Assembly: GCA_030390025.1 (NCBI GenBank)
Contig: CM059425.1
Location: 177,694,001 to 177,758,000, forward strand
Length of the DNA: 64,000 nucleotides
DNA from: Squalus acanthias
Taxonomy: Eukaryota
Direction of reading: 5' to 3'
Part shown: positions 1-12,200 of the stretch, in pieces
Layout of the letters: each line of letters opens with the position of its first letter
Numbering within the stretch: position 1 is the stretch's first letter
Notes under the pieces: generated by a model
Database searches by the model: none
What the model was told of the DNA's origin: nothing
Seen by the model: only the letters and a program-made list of their open reading frames with translations
Program-made: the position numbers and the translations under genes

Positions 1-99
1 TGTACAGATTAAGTTCTACAACTCATCAGTCTTCCTTCAGCAGTATGTAGCATCAATAGATCAACATCAAAGGATGCTTTGTGCAGAGAATTCTCTCAT

Positions 100-507
100 G
101 TAGTTGACAGTACAGGCAACTGTAGGTCATGCAGGTCAAACTACATATTGACAAGTCTATTATTTCTATTGCTCAGTATCATTGTAAGAAAACTTCTCCT
201 CTACAGAAGAAAGTTGAGGCAATGCTAAAAGAGTTGGAGAACAGTGCTCTAATTGAAGATCCAGATAGTCCTATACCTTGGGTTTCACTTCTAGTAATCA
301 TTCCTAAGCCCAAGAATCTTAACAACACCATTGTGTTGATAATTGAGGAATGAACAAAGTCATTAAGCATGAAACTCCAACCCTGGATGAAATGATTGCA
401 GAGGTAAACAAACAATGTGCTTTCTCAAAGCTAGACCTGAAATCACTAGCTTAATAAAGAGAGTTGTTATATTACAACATTTGCAATACATGTTGGTCTG
501 AAACAAT
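100..507 (+). pseudogene. Ty3/Gypsy pol remnant, segment 1 (RT N-terminus)
   Basis: ORF 129-353 VKLHIDKS...KKVEAMLKELE...PIPWVSLLVIIPKPK, followed out of frame by TPTLDEMIAE, FSKLDL and YITTFA.HVGL, which are Gypsy RT motifs. Many stops and frameshifts. Confidence 0.8.
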
Positions 508-1077
508 AGACCACACTTAGAATACTGCACTGAGTTCTGGTCTCCATATTACAAAAAGGGTATAGAAGCATTGAAAAAGGTGCAAAAAAGATTTACAAGA
601 ATGATACCAGCACTGAGAGGTTGTAACTATCAGGAAAGATTGAACAGGCTGGGTCTCTCTTCTCTAGAAAAGAGAAGGCTGAGGGGTGACCTAATAGAGA
701 TCTTTAAAATTATGAAGGGATTTGATAGGATAGACTTAGAGAAAATGTTTCCACTTGTGGGGGAGTCCAAAACTAGGGGCCATAAATAAAAGATAGTCAC
801 TAATAAATCCAGTAGGGAATTCAGGAGAAACTTCTTCACCTAAAGAGTGGTAAGAATGTGTAACTTGCTACCACAATGAGTAGTTGAGGCAAATAGCATA
901 GATGCATTTCATGGGAAGCTAGATAAGCATATAAGGGAGAAAGGAATAGAAGGCTATGCTGATCAGGTTAGATGAAGAAGGGTGGGCGGAGGCTCATGTG
1001 GAGTATAAACACCGGCATAGACCAGTTGGGCTGAATGACCTGTTTCTGTGCTGTAAATTATATGTAATTCTATGTAA
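508..1077 (+). mobile_element. CR1 LINE 3' fragment inserted in the Gypsy RT
   Basis: RPHLEYC...KVQKRFTRMIP...LEKRRLRGDLIE, then a CR1 3'UTR and short tandem tail (TATGTAAT-like). Gypsy RT resumes directly after it. Confidence 0.9.
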
Positions 1078-1432
1078 TACAAATGCTAACTTATGATCTA
1101 TCTTCAGCAACAGAGGTAAATCATCATATGCTTCGATAAGTTATTAAAGAAATTCCAGGTGTCTTGAATATAAGTGATGATATTCTGATACATGTTCGAT
1201 TGAGTGGGCCACCTTCACAGCATTCTTCACATTTTACAAGAAAATGGTGTTGCACGCACATCCAAAATAGGAATTGGCAAGGAACACCAAGGATATTTTT
1301 GCCTAGTTTTAACAAATCAGGGATTATCACCAAACCCCAAGAATGTTAAATGCAATCCACAATGCCACACTCCCAAAGAAGGGATCAGTAGTCTGTTGTC
1401 TGCTAATCATCATTACTTGCTGTTGCAGGGAG
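1078..1432 (+). pseudogene. Ty3/Gypsy pol remnant, segment 2 (RT catalytic region)
   Basis: IKEIPGVLNISDDILIH (YxDD-equivalent motif) at about 1144-1193, continuing segment 1. Confidence 0.75.
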
Positions 1433-1434
1433 GG

Positions 1435-2545
1435 TGACAACATCAATGTTTCATTTATATAGCACCTTTAACATAAAAATAATCACACGGCACTTCACAG
1501 AAGCATAATCAAAGAAATGAATGCCAAACCAAAGTAGGAGATAATTGGAGATGTAACCAAAAATTTGGTCAAAGGGGTAGGTTTTATTGAGTGCTTTAAA
1601 GGAGGAGAGGGAAGTGGAGCAGCAAAGAAGTTTAGGAAGGGAATTTCAGAGTGTGCGGCCTAGGGACTGATGGCACTATCACCAATAGTGGGGTGAAGGG
1701 AAAGGAGGATGCAGAAAAAGCGAGAGTCAGAGGAACAGAGAATTTGAGGGAGGAGACTGTAGGGCTGGAGCAAGTTACAGAGGGGAAGGCCATGAAGGGA
1801 TTTAAACACAAGGGTAATATTTTTAAATTTGAGCATTGGACCAGCAACTAATATAGTTCAGCAAGGACAGGGGTGATGGGTGAGCAGGACTTGGTGCACA
1901 TTGGAATAATTGAGTCCAGTGGTGACAAAGGCATGTATGAGATAGGCTGAAGTAGGGGCAGAGGTGGTGGAAAGGATATGGATTGAAAGCTTAGCTTGAA
2001 CTTCAATAGGATGCCAAGGGTGTGACCAATCTGGTTCAGCCAGAGACAGTGGCCTGCGAGGGGGTGGAATCAGTGGTGAGGCTAGGGAGATTGTGTTTGG
2101 CGCTGAAATTCTATCTTCCCAATGTTTAACTGGAGGAAATTATGGCTCATCCAGGACTGGATGTGAACAAGCAGTCTGACACGCAGAGGCAGTGGAAGTG
2201 TCAAGAGAGAAGGTGGAGAGGTAGACCAGAGTATTGTCAGCATACACGTGGAAGCTGACCCCATGTCTTTGGATGATGTCATCATGAAGCAGCATGTAGA
2301 TGAATAAGATGAGGAGGCAAAGGAAAAGTCATTGGGCGACTCCGGAGGTAATGGTGTGGGGACATGAAGAGAAGTCATTGTTGGAGATGCTCTGGCTATG
2401 ATTGGATACGTAAGAGTGGAACCAAGTGAAGGAGAGTGGAGGAGAGACGTTGGAGGAGGATGATGTGGTCAACTATGTCAAAGGCTTCAGAAAAGTTGAG
2501 TAGGATTTACAGGGGATAATGCACCATGATCACAGTCACAAGGAC
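1435..2545 (-). mobile_element. L2 LINE 3' fragment
   Basis: The minus strand gives IQSWMSHNFLQLNIGKIEF and an FHMYADN-like motif, with an L2-type 3' end (GTGCTATATAAATG...) near 1450. Confidence 0.8.
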
Positions 2546-2734
2546 TAACAACTAAAGGTAGCATCTTCAAGTGGGAAGACAAACATGATCAAGCCATATT
2601 TCCGATGAAACAACCACTATCCAGTTTACAGTGAGTTTCAGAGATCAACGGAGATCTATTGTGATATCAGTTTGTTGGGCTTAGAAGCCATCCTTATACA
2701 AAAGATGACCTTGATGCAACTAGATATACCAGTA

Positions 2735-3253
2735 TAACAACAGAAAACGCTGGAAAAACTCAGCAGGCCAGGCAGCATCCGTGGAGAGAGAAAGAGAGTT
2801 AACGTTTCAGGTCGATGACCTTTCATCAGAACTGGGAAGAGCCGGAAATCAAATAGATTTAAGGCCAGGGTAAAGCTGGGAAAAGGGGGAGGGGATAAAG
2901 GAACAAAGGGGGAGATGAAGAGACATTAAGAGACATTAAGAGATATGCAAGTCTAGAGGTGGTGTTAATGTGACAGATTAAGGCTGAATGAAGTGTGAAA
3001 TCCACTGGCAGAATGAAGGACAGCTGCCAGCTTCTAGGAGGAAAAAAAAAGGTGGGGGGGGGGACAAATAAAAGGGTGGATAAAATAAAATATAAATGTG
3101 ATTGGAGCTGAGGTTATGATCTAAAATTGTTGAACTCGATATTGAGTCCAGAGGGCTGTAGCGTGCCTAAACGAAAGATGAGGTGCTGTTCCTCGAGCTT
3201 ACGCTGCGCTTCCGTGGAACAGTGTAATAGGCCGAGGACGGTGAGGTCATATT
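2735..3253 (-). mobile_element. Penelope-like element 3' fragment (GIY-YIG C-terminus plus pLTR)
   Basis: The minus strand encodes DLTVLGLLHCSTEAQRKLEEQHLIFRLGTLQPSGLNIEF. It is flanked by a perfect 16-bp TSD ACTAGATATACCAGTA (2719-2734 and 3254-3269). Confidence 0.9.
2797..2833 (-). ncRNA. Minimal type I hammerhead ribozyme (Penelope family A)
   Basis: Minus strand reads AGTT-CTGATGA-A-AGGTC-ATC-GACCT-GAAA-CG-TT-AACT: conserved core boxes, stems I and II, and a palindromic stem III (AACGTT). Confidence 0.8.
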
Positions 3254-4646
3254 ACTAGATATACCAGTACTTTACACAATTCCACAGAGCAACAGTACAG
3301 CCAATTGATCTTGAAGTGTTGGCAACTGTGTGTGCCGTGCAATAATTCTACCTATAGTCAGCAATTTATGATCTTTACAGATCTCAACATTTTGATCCCT
3401 ATATTCTCTAGGCCAAAGTCTAGGATCCAGCACTGTTGAAAGTCCAGTCTTATAATGTAATCACTAATTATTGCCTTGGATCTGATAATCCTGCTAATTT
3501 AATATCACAACACTCAGATTTGAATGTTACCGTTTGTCATTATTTGAAGAGAGCTAAGGAATTAATTAATTTTGTAACTGAACTTTCCACACTTTAAGAA
3601 ACAAAAGAGGTGCCATTACACTACTAGATGTATTCTATAGACCACCAACTAGTGGGAAGGATATAGAGGAGCAAATTTGCAGGGAAATTACAGAGAGGTA
3701 CAAGAACTATAGAGTAGTGATAATGGGGGACTATTACTATCCCAGTCTATCCTAATATAGACTGGGATAGTAATAGTGTAAAGGGCAGAGACGGGGGAAG
3801 AATTTCTGAAGTGTGTTCAGGAAAACTTTCTTGATCAGTACGTTTCCAGCCCAAGGAGGGAGGAGGCATTGCTGGATCTGGTTCTGGGGAATGAGGTGTG
3901 TCAAGTGGAGCAAGAGTCAGTAGGGGAACATTTAGGGAACAGTGATCACAGTATCATAAGGTTTCGATTAGTAATGGAAAAGGACAGGGACCAATCTAGA
4001 GTAAAAATACTTAATTGGAGGAAGGCCAATTTCAGTGGGTTGAGAACGGATCTGGCCCAGGTAAATTGGAATCAAAGATTGGCAGGCAAAACTGTAATCG
4101 AACAACGGGGTGCCTTTAAAGAGGAAATGGTTTGGGTACAGTCGAGGTACATTCCCACGAGGGGGAAAGGTAGGGCAACCAAAGTCAGAGCTCCCTGGAT
4201 GACGAAAGAGATAGAGAGTAAGATGAAGCAGAAAAAGGGGGCGTATGACAGATGTCAGGTCAGAATACAAGTGAGAACCAGAATATAGAAAATTCAGAAG
4301 GGAAGTGAAAAAGGAAATAAGAGGGACAAAGAGGGAGTATGAGAATAGACTGGCAGCTAACATAAAAGGGAATCCAAAAGTCTTCTATAGATATATAAAT
4401 ATTAAATGGGTAGTAAGAGGAGAGGTGGGGCCGATTAGGGACCAAAAAGGAGACCTATGCATGGAGGCAGAGGGTATGGCTGAGATACTAAATGAATACT
4501 TTGTATCTGTCTTTACCAAGGAAGAAGATGCTGTCAAAGTCATGGTGAAAGAGGAAGTAGTTGAGATACTGGATGGGATAGAAATTGATAAAGAGGAAGT
4601 ACTAGAAAGGCTGGCTGTACTTAAAGTAGATAAGTCACCAGGACCA

Positions 4647-6313
4647 TAGAAACATAGAAGATAGGAGCAGGAGTAGGCCATTCGGTCCCTCGAGCCTGCT
4701 CCGCCATTTAATGAGATCATGGCTGATCATCCAAATTCAGTACCCTGTCCCTACTTTCTCCCCATATCCCTTGATCCCCTTAGCCTTAAGAAATATATCT
4801 AACTCCTTCTTGAATATATTTAATGAGTTGGCCTCAACTGCCTTCTGTGGCAGAGAATTCCACAGGTTCACCACTCTCTGGGTTAAGAAATTCCTCCTCA
4901 TCTCAGTCCTAAATGGCTTACCCCTTATCCTTAGACTGTGACCCCTGGTTCTGGACTCCCCCGCCATCAGGAACAGCCTTCCTGCATCTAGCCTGTCTAG
5001 TCCTGTTAGAATTTTATAAGTTTCAATGAGATCCCCTCTCATTCTTCTAAACTCTAGCGAATATAAGCCTAATCGACCCAATCTCTCTTCATACGTCATT
5101 CCTGCCATCCCAGGTATCAGTCTGGTGAATCTTCGCTGCACTCCCTCCATGGCAAAAACATCCTTCCTCAGATAAGGCGACCAAAGCTGCACACAATACT
5201 CAAGGTGTGGTCTCACCAAGGCCCTGCACAACTGCAGCAAGACATCCTTGCTCCTGTACTCAAATCCTCTCGCTATGAAGGCCAACATACCATTTGCCTT
5301 CTTAACCGCCTGCTGCACCTGCATGCTTACCTTCAGCGACTGGTACACAAGGACACCCAGGTCTCGTTGCACTTCCCCTTTTCCCAATCTATTGCCGTTC
5401 AGATAATAATCTGCCTTCCTGTTTTTGACACCAAAGTGGATAACCTCGCATTTATCCACATTATACTGCATTTGCCATGCATTTGCCATGCATCTGCCCA
5501 ATCACCCAACCTGTCCAAATCATACTGGAGTTTCTCTGCATCCTCCTCACAGCACACACGCCCACCCAGCTTTGTGTTGTCTGCAAACTTGGAGATATTA
5601 CATCTAGTTCCCTCGTCTAGATCATTTATATATATTGTGAATAACTGGGGTCCTAGCACCGATCCCTGCGGTACCCCACTAGTCACTGCCTGCCACTTGG
5701 AAAAAGACCCGTTTATTCCAACTCTTTGCTTCTTGTCTGCCAACCAGTTCTCTATCCAAGTCAGTACCTTACCCCCAATCCCATGTGCTTTAACTTTGCA
5801 CGCTAATCTCTTATGCGGGACCTTTATCGAAAGCCTTCTGAAAGTCCAAATACACCACATCCACTGGTTCTCCCTTATCTATTCTACCAGTTAGATCCTC
5901 AAAAAATTCCAGTAGATTAGTCAAGCATAATTTACCTTTTGTAAATCCATGTTGACTTTGTCCGATCCTGTCACTGTTTTCCAAGTGCCCTGCTATTACA
6001 TCTTTTATAATGGACTCTAGCATTTTCCCCACTACCGATGTCAGGCTTACTGGTCTATAATTCCCCGTTTTCTCTCTACCACCTTTTTTAAATAGTGGGG
6101 TTACATTAGCTACCCTCCAATCCATGGGAACTGTTCCAGAGTCTATAGAATTTTGGAAGATGACCAGCAATGCATCTACTATTTCTGGGGCCACTTCCTT
6201 AAGTAACCTAGGATGTAGATTATCAGGCCCTGGGATTTATCGGCCTTCAATCCCGTCAATTTCCCTAACACTGTTTCCCTACAAATACTGATTTCATTCA
6301 GTTCCTCCCTCTC
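4647..6313 (-). mobile_element. CR1 LINE (RT half of ORF2 plus 3'UTR) inserted antisense into another CR1
   Basis: ORFs 5811-6194, 5399-5860 and 4737-5501 (YRPVSLT, GVPQGSVLGP, KFADNTKL, RRMRGDLIE). Tail (TTCTATG) at about 4647-4660. An 11-bp duplication near 5470-5491 causes a frameshift. Confidence 0.93.
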
Positions 6314-6827
6314 CGGATGGAATGCATCCTCGGATGCCGAGGGAATTAAAGGTAGAAATTGTGGAGGTACTGGCCATAATCTTCCAATCCTCCTTGGATA
6401 CAGGGCGTGGTGCCAGAGGGCTGGAGAATTGCAAATGTTACACCCTTGTTCAAAAAAGGGTGTAAGGATAAACCCAGCAACTACAGGCCAGTCAGTTTAA
6501 CCTCGGTGGTGGGGAAGCTTTTAGAAACAATATTCCGGACTAATTAACAGTCACTTGGACAAGTGTGGATTAATTAAGGAAAGCCAGCATGGATTTGTTA
6601 AAGTCAAATCGTGTTTAACTAACTTGATTTAGTTTTTTAATGAGTTAACAGAGAGAGTTAATGAGGGCAATGTGGTTGATGTGGTGTACATGGACTTCCA
6701 AAGGTGTTTGATAAAGTGCCACATAATAGGCTAGCCGGCAAAGTTGAAGCCCATGGAATAAAAGGGTCAGTGGCAGCATGGATACGAAATTGGCTGAGTG
6801 ACAGGAAACAGAGAGTAGTGGTGAACG

Positions 6828-7099
6828 AAATAACAACAGAAAATGCTGGAAATACTCAGCAGGCTAGGCAGCATCCGTGGAGAGAGAAACAGAGTTAACG
6901 TTTCAGGTCTGGGACCCTTCATCAGAACTGGAAAAAGCTGGAGATGTAACAGATATTAAGCAGGTGCAGAGATGGGGTGGAGGGGGTGGGGGGTTTAGGA
7001 GGGGAGGAAGGAATTGAAAGAAACTGAAAGCAATGAAGATGAACAAGGTTGAAGAGACAAACGGAAATCCCGTCGGAGAGAAGAGCAGAACTTCTTCAA
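6828..7099 (-). mobile_element. Penelope-like pLTR fragment with hammerhead motif
   Basis: Homologous to 2735-2840. Minus strand CTGATGAAGGGTCCCAGACCTGAAACGTTAACT at about 6893-6929. Near-perfect 8-bp TSD GGTGAACG/GGTGGACG. Confidence 0.85.
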
Positions 7100-7526
7100 G
7101 GTGGACGGTTGTTTTTCGGACTGGAGGAAGGTATACAGTGGTGTTCCCCAGGCGTCGGTACTAGGATCACTGCTTTTCTTGATATATATTAATGACTTGG
7201 ATGTACAGGGCACAATTTCAAAATTTGCAGACGACACAAAACTTGGAAGTATAGAGAACAGTGAGGAGGATAGTAATAGACTTCAAGAGGAAATAGACAG
7301 GCTGGTGGAATGGGCAGACACGTGGCAGATGTAATTTAACGCAGAAAAGTGAAAAGTGATACATTTTGGTAGGAGAGGCAATATTAACTGAAGGTACAAT
7401 TCTAATTGGAGTGCATGAACAGCAAGACCTGGGGGTATATGTGTACAAATCGTTGAAGGTGGCAGGGCAGGTTGAGAAAGCGGTTAAAAAAGCTTACGGG
7501 ATCTTGGGCTTCATAAATAGAGACAT

Positions 7527-8276
7527 GGGGGAGAAATTCGGTATCGCCCCGTTTGGGGGCGGTAACTTTTGAAAGCTGGGAAACTTAGTGCTAGGCGCTA
7601 ATGATTCCCAGCTTTTTCTAAATTCGTTTTTTGCGCTCCAGGAAGGAAGTGGAGAGCTAAATCAAGTGTTCCACTTTCTTCCTGGAGCGCTAAAGGACGC
7701 AGGCGGGGCGGTAGAGGTGCAACGCTGCACAATGTCCCGTGCAGCGCTGCCGCGTTCCGAGGCTCCTTCCCTCCCTTAAAGGGAAGGGCCATCGCTGCAG
7801 GCTCTGCATTGGAGCCAGTTAGCTGGTCCCCAACGGCAGCCGTGATCCGGCCCGATCAGCCCCATGCATTCCAGCAGAGTGCCGGGCTGATCGATCGCGG
7901 CCCAGGAAAATTGAAAAAAAGTATTTAAAATTTTTTTCCTACTTACCTTGGCAACCTCCTCTTTAACTTACGCCCCCAAAGCGCCCGGCCTCCCAAACAA
8001 CACCTCCTGCAGCTGTCCGTGAATTTGCCTGGTGATGCTGCAGGGGGCGGAACTGAAGTTCGGGTCCGGGCGCTACCAGGACGATGCGAACGGCAATGTC
8101 GTCACAATCACTGGGCGCAGGAGATTGTGGCACAAAGTATTACCACCTCCGCAAACCTCCCGGCCAAGTTAGCGGGAGTCGTTCATCTCGCTGCACCCGG
8201 GCAGTAAGTCGTTAGCACCCCGTTATTGCCCCCTGGGGGTGCTAACAGGAGGCACTAACCCACCAAATTTCTCCCC
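7527..8276. mobile_element. PIF/Harbinger-type MITE (750 bp)
   Basis: TIR GGGGAGAAATT...AATTTCTCCCC, GC-rich interior with GGCGCTAA-like motifs. It interrupts the CR1 ORF (flanks CAT/GAT). Related to 22419 and 30418. Confidence 0.8.
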
Positions 8277-8632
8277 GATAGAGTACAAAAGCAAGGAAGT
8301 TATGATGAACATTTATAAAACACTGGTTCGGCCTCAACTGGAGTATTGGGGGCGATTTTCTCACTGGAGACGAGATGGAGGCGGGTTTTGGCTTGGGTGG
8401 GTTTGGAACCCGCCTCCACTGATAGTTTTCGAAAAATTGTGATTTTTCCCATGATTGGCTACTTGATTTCAGAGGTGTGGAATGCCCTTGATCAATTAGT
8501 GTTTTGGGACTGAAACCCACCTCTGCTGACATCACTTTTCCAGTTTGATTTTATGGCTTCTTGCTGCCTTGGATCATTCCACAGGATTTCTGCTTATGCT
8601 GCACCACCTGCAACATATTCTGAGAAACCACT

Positions 8633-8815
8633 ATGTCCAATTCCAAGGCAAGGGCCTCCCTGTGGCTCTCGGACAAGGCGCTGCAAATGTTGTTTGAGGG
8701 GGTGACAGCTAGCATGGAGGTGCTCTTCCACTCATCTCGGAGGAAGAGGCTTCACAAAGAAACCAAGGCTGTGTGGGTACAGTTGACAAGGGATATAACC
8801 TCCAGATCTGTGTGC
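8633..8815 (+). pseudogene. Harbinger Myb/SANT-like DNA-binding protein, N-terminal remnant
   Basis: MSNSKARASLWLSDKALQMLFEGVTASMEVLF...KAVWVQLTRDITSRS matches the layout of the trihelix Myb/SANT domain. Truncated by an internal deletion. Confidence 0.7.
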
Positions 8816-9059
8816 AGATTGGGAGGATGTTTCTGTGTATTGATGAAATGCCACCCCTGTTGGAAAGCATTAAAATGATTTGATGCCAAAATGTTGGCAT
8901 CATGGCATCTGTTCTTTCGCCTTAGGCAGCTCCACATTGCGGCCTCCGCCACACTTGCGTTGTCAGGTTGGTGGCCTGAGTGAAAGGAGGCCAGAGAGTC
9001 TTGTCCATTGTCAATGATGTCTTAGGATGGAGCCAAGGACATGTGCCAACTTGGGCAAC

Positions 9060-10341
9060 CTATGCAAATCTGGCTATGATAAGTTCATCCCTTGCATCCC
9101 GGGCAGCCATGTGCTCGTGTGCTGCCGCTGCTGCTGGTCGATACACCGGTGCTCTGACCTGCTCCTCCACCTCCTCCAGATTATCCTCCTCCTCCTCATC
9201 CTCATCTGAGGAGGGCTGGAACTGAGCCACTTGCTCATCAGGAAGCTGCAAGCCACGACACTGTGCGCTGTTGTGCAGTGCACAGCAGACCACGACCATT
9301 CTGGAGACCCTGTATGGTGTATACTGCAGGGCTCCACCTGATCGGTCAAGGCAACAGAAGCACATCTTCATCGACCCAATGGTTTGCTCAATGATGGACC
9401 TGGTCGAAGTGTGGCTGGCGTTGTAGCGCTCTTCAGCCTCGTTAGCTGGCCTCCTGATCGGCGTCATTAGCCACTTCTTCAGGGGGTAGCCTTTGTCACC
9501 AAGGAGCCATCCGTTAAGTTGATTTGGCGGATTGAAAAGCAGAGGAACACGAGTGCCGCAGGATGAAAGAGTCATGGCAACTTCCACAGAACTTGCCGCA
9601 AACATGCAAGAACTCCTTCTTGTGGTTACACACCAGCTGTATGTTGAGGGAGTGGAAGCCCTTTCGGTTGACAAAGATAGCTGGGTTGTGATGGGGTGCC
9701 CTAAGGGCCACATGTGTGCAGTCAATGACGCCCTGCACCATTGGCATGCCTGCCATATTTGCAAAGCCAACCGAACGGGCGGTTATACTTGCTTGATCCC
9801 TTGAGAACTGGATGTAATTGTGGGCCTTAGCGAAAAGGGCATCAGTAACCTGTGTGATGCAACTGTGGGCAGCCGACTGGGTGATGCCTGCTGATGATCC
9901 CTGGAAGGAGCCTAAGGCAAAGAAGTTGAGTGCAGTGGTGACTTTGACAGCCACTGGTAAGGGGTGTCCACCTTTTCCTCTGGGCACCAGGTCTTGCTGC
10001 AGCAGTCCGCAGATCTCTCGGACAACCTCTCGCAAAAGTCTCAGCCTCCTTTGGCACTGCTGCTCACTCATGTTGAGGTAGCTCATCCTCTGTCTGTAAA
10101 CCCTCTGTTGGGGGTATCTCCTGCGGCGAGGTGCCTCGATGCGCTGGCGCCTTCTGCCCTGTGCAGCATCAGGTGGCTGAGCAGGAGGTTGGGGCTCCTG
10201 CTGCTGTTACTGCTGAGCTGCCTGAGCAGGAGGTTGGGGCTCCTGCTGCTGTTGCTCCTGAGCTGCCTGGTTCTGCTGCTGCCGTGGATGCTCCTCATCC
10301 GAATCTGAGGTCCATGGTGAAAGAAAATGAATGGTTCCCAT
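9060..10341 (-). pseudogene. Harbinger (HARBI1-like) DDE transposase, frameshifted
   Basis: [72 protein letters not shown] and CCALHN are spread over ORFs 9514-10086 and 9060-9770. The Q-rich N-terminus has a 45-bp tandem duplication. Confidence 0.93.
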
Positions 10342-11403
10342 GCTGCTTGCAGATGCCTCCGTTGGGGAAGCGCTCATTGCAAGCAGGGAGAGGGTCTTCC
10401 AAGGAGGTCCCACAGTTGATAGATTCAAGCTGCAGCACCTTCAACTTTGGAAGGCCTTCTAAAAGTGCTCAAAGACCTTTTAAAGCAAAGTTCTGCCACC
10501 TGCAACTAATCCCTGATGAAATAAACGATTTAATGTTGGACCTGCAGCTGTGAGGAGACCACCCACTTGTCAACCTGCCAGGTTTAGTTGGCTTGGTTTA
10601 GGAGGGTCATGGAACACGCCGAAATGGTCGAAAAATCATGAGGGCCTCTCAAAATAGGATTAGAGAGGCCCTTAATGAGCATTTAATCCTCTTAACAAGC
10701 TCTCTGGCCAGCTGGAGGCGGGACCGTTTCCCACCCTGCAAAACCGGTACCAGCAAAATCCCGTGGAGGCGGGTTCCGAACCCGCCCTCATTGTTTTCGA
10801 TTTTCCCGCCTTTTCTGCCTCCAAACCCGCCTCCTCGGACGTCAGAAAATCGCCCCCTCAGTGTCCAATTCTGGGCACCGCACTTTAGGCAGGATGTGAA
10901 GGCCTTCGAGAGGGTGCAGAAAAGATTTACAAGAATGGTTCCAGGGATGAGGGACTTCAGTTATGTGGAGAGACTAGAGAAGCTGGGATTGTTCTCCTTT
11001 TAGAGCAGAGAAGGTTGAGAGGAGATTTGATAGAGGTGTTCAAAATCATGAGGGGTCTAGACAGAGTAGATAGAGAGAAACTGTTCCCATTGGTGGAAGG
11101 GTCAAGAACCAGAGGACACAGATTTAAGGTGATTGGCAGAAGAACCAAAGGCGACAGGAGGGAAAACTTTTTTACGTAGCAAGTGGTTAGGATCTGAAAT
11201 GCACTGCCTGAAAGGATGGTGGAGGCAGATTCAATTGTGGCTTTCAAAAGGGAATTGGATAAGTACCTGAAGGAAAAAAATTGCAGCGCTACAGGGAAAG
11301 GGTGGAGGAGTGGGACTAGCTGAAGTGCTCTTGCAGAGAGCCAGCACGTGCTCGACGGGCCGAATGGCCGCCTTCTGTGCTGTAACCATTCTATGATTCT
11401 ATG

Positions 11404-12200
11404 AAGGGAATCACTCCAGTTGATATTTGGAAAGCTGTACAGAAGAATCTTACACAACAAGCAACCATACAGTGTCTATACATAAATGGCACAAGTTGAA
11501 GGCTAATTACTGGCATTATTGGCCAATTCACTTGCCACTGAGCATGATATCATTCTACACAGTGAGCATATAGTTATCCTAATGGAGCTGCAGGATTGGA
11601 TAATATCTAGCACCCACATTGGCCAACAGGGGATAGTCAAAACCTTAGCCCTCCTCAGGACTAAACTGTGGTTCCCAGGCATTGACAATAAGGTAGAAAA
11701 AGTTGCTAAAAGATGTCTCCGCTGTCAGGTGACAACTGTTGAATGCAAGACAGGATGATATGGCATATAAGAACTATCCATTTATCCATGACGGAATTTG
11801 TGTTGATATTTGAAGATGTTTTCCATCAGGAGACTCTCTCTTAATAATGGTTAACAAATTTCTTGTGATTTTCAGAAGTTGAAATAACCAAATCTACAGC
11901 AGTAAGAGCCACTACTCCACATCTGTAAGATATTTGCAGTATGCAGAATTTTAGAGGTATTAAAGTCAGACAACAGATCTCCATTCTAGACTTCAAAATT
12001 CCAGTATTTGGCAGAAAACTTTGGATTTTATCAAATCACACCACAATGACTAACCACAAACACTGAGCCTGAAAGATTCATGAAAACAATCAAAGACTGC
12101 TCACTTGGAGAATTTATCTTGGCAGCAACAACTTTGAGCATTCCTGCATAACTAGCAGGCTATGCCTCACTGCACTATGTTGTTTCTTTCCAAATTTAAT
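11404..12200 (+). pseudogene. Ty3/Gypsy pol remnant, segment 5 (integrase)
   Basis: ORF 11519-11758 has a decayed HHCC zinc finger (HIGQQGIVKT...LWFPGID...CLRCQ), followed by EVLKSDN and ERFMKTIK core remnants. Confidence 0.8.

Larger units (their letters stand above)
2546..3595 (+). pseudogene. Ty3/Gypsy pol remnant, segments 3-4 (RT thumb/RNase H), split by a Penelope insertion
   Basis: LTTKGSIFKWEDKHDQA at about 2544-2596. After the insertion come YSQIDLEVLA-like and DNPANL.S (RNase H end) remnants. Highly decayed. Confidence 0.6.
8348..10857. mobile_element. PIF/Harbinger DNA transposon (transposase plus Myb/SANT remnant)
   Basis: Perfect 14-bp TIR GGGGGCGATTTTCT/AGAAAATCGCCCCC, subterminal GGAGGCGGG repeats and two convergent gene remnants. 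Inserted in a CR1 ORF between LEY and CVQFW. Confidence 0.93.
3596..11403 (+). mobile_element. CR1 LINE (APE-RT ORF2, 5' truncated), broken into five pieces by four later insertions
   Basis: Colinear ORF2 pieces at about 3596-4646, 6314-6827, 7100-7526, 8277-8347 and 10858-11403 (YRPP, LDLVL, SDH, KSPGP/DG, YRPVSLT, KFADDTKL, RRLRGDLIE). Ends in a (TTCTATGA)n tail. Confidence 0.9.

Noticed and set aside
5205..5894. 229-aa plus-strand ORF
   Set aside because: Antisense shadow of a CR1 RT region.
9060..10341. Host HARBI1 gene
   Set aside because: Frameshifted, flanked by TIRs and inserted within a CR1, so it is a transposon copy and not the domesticated gene.
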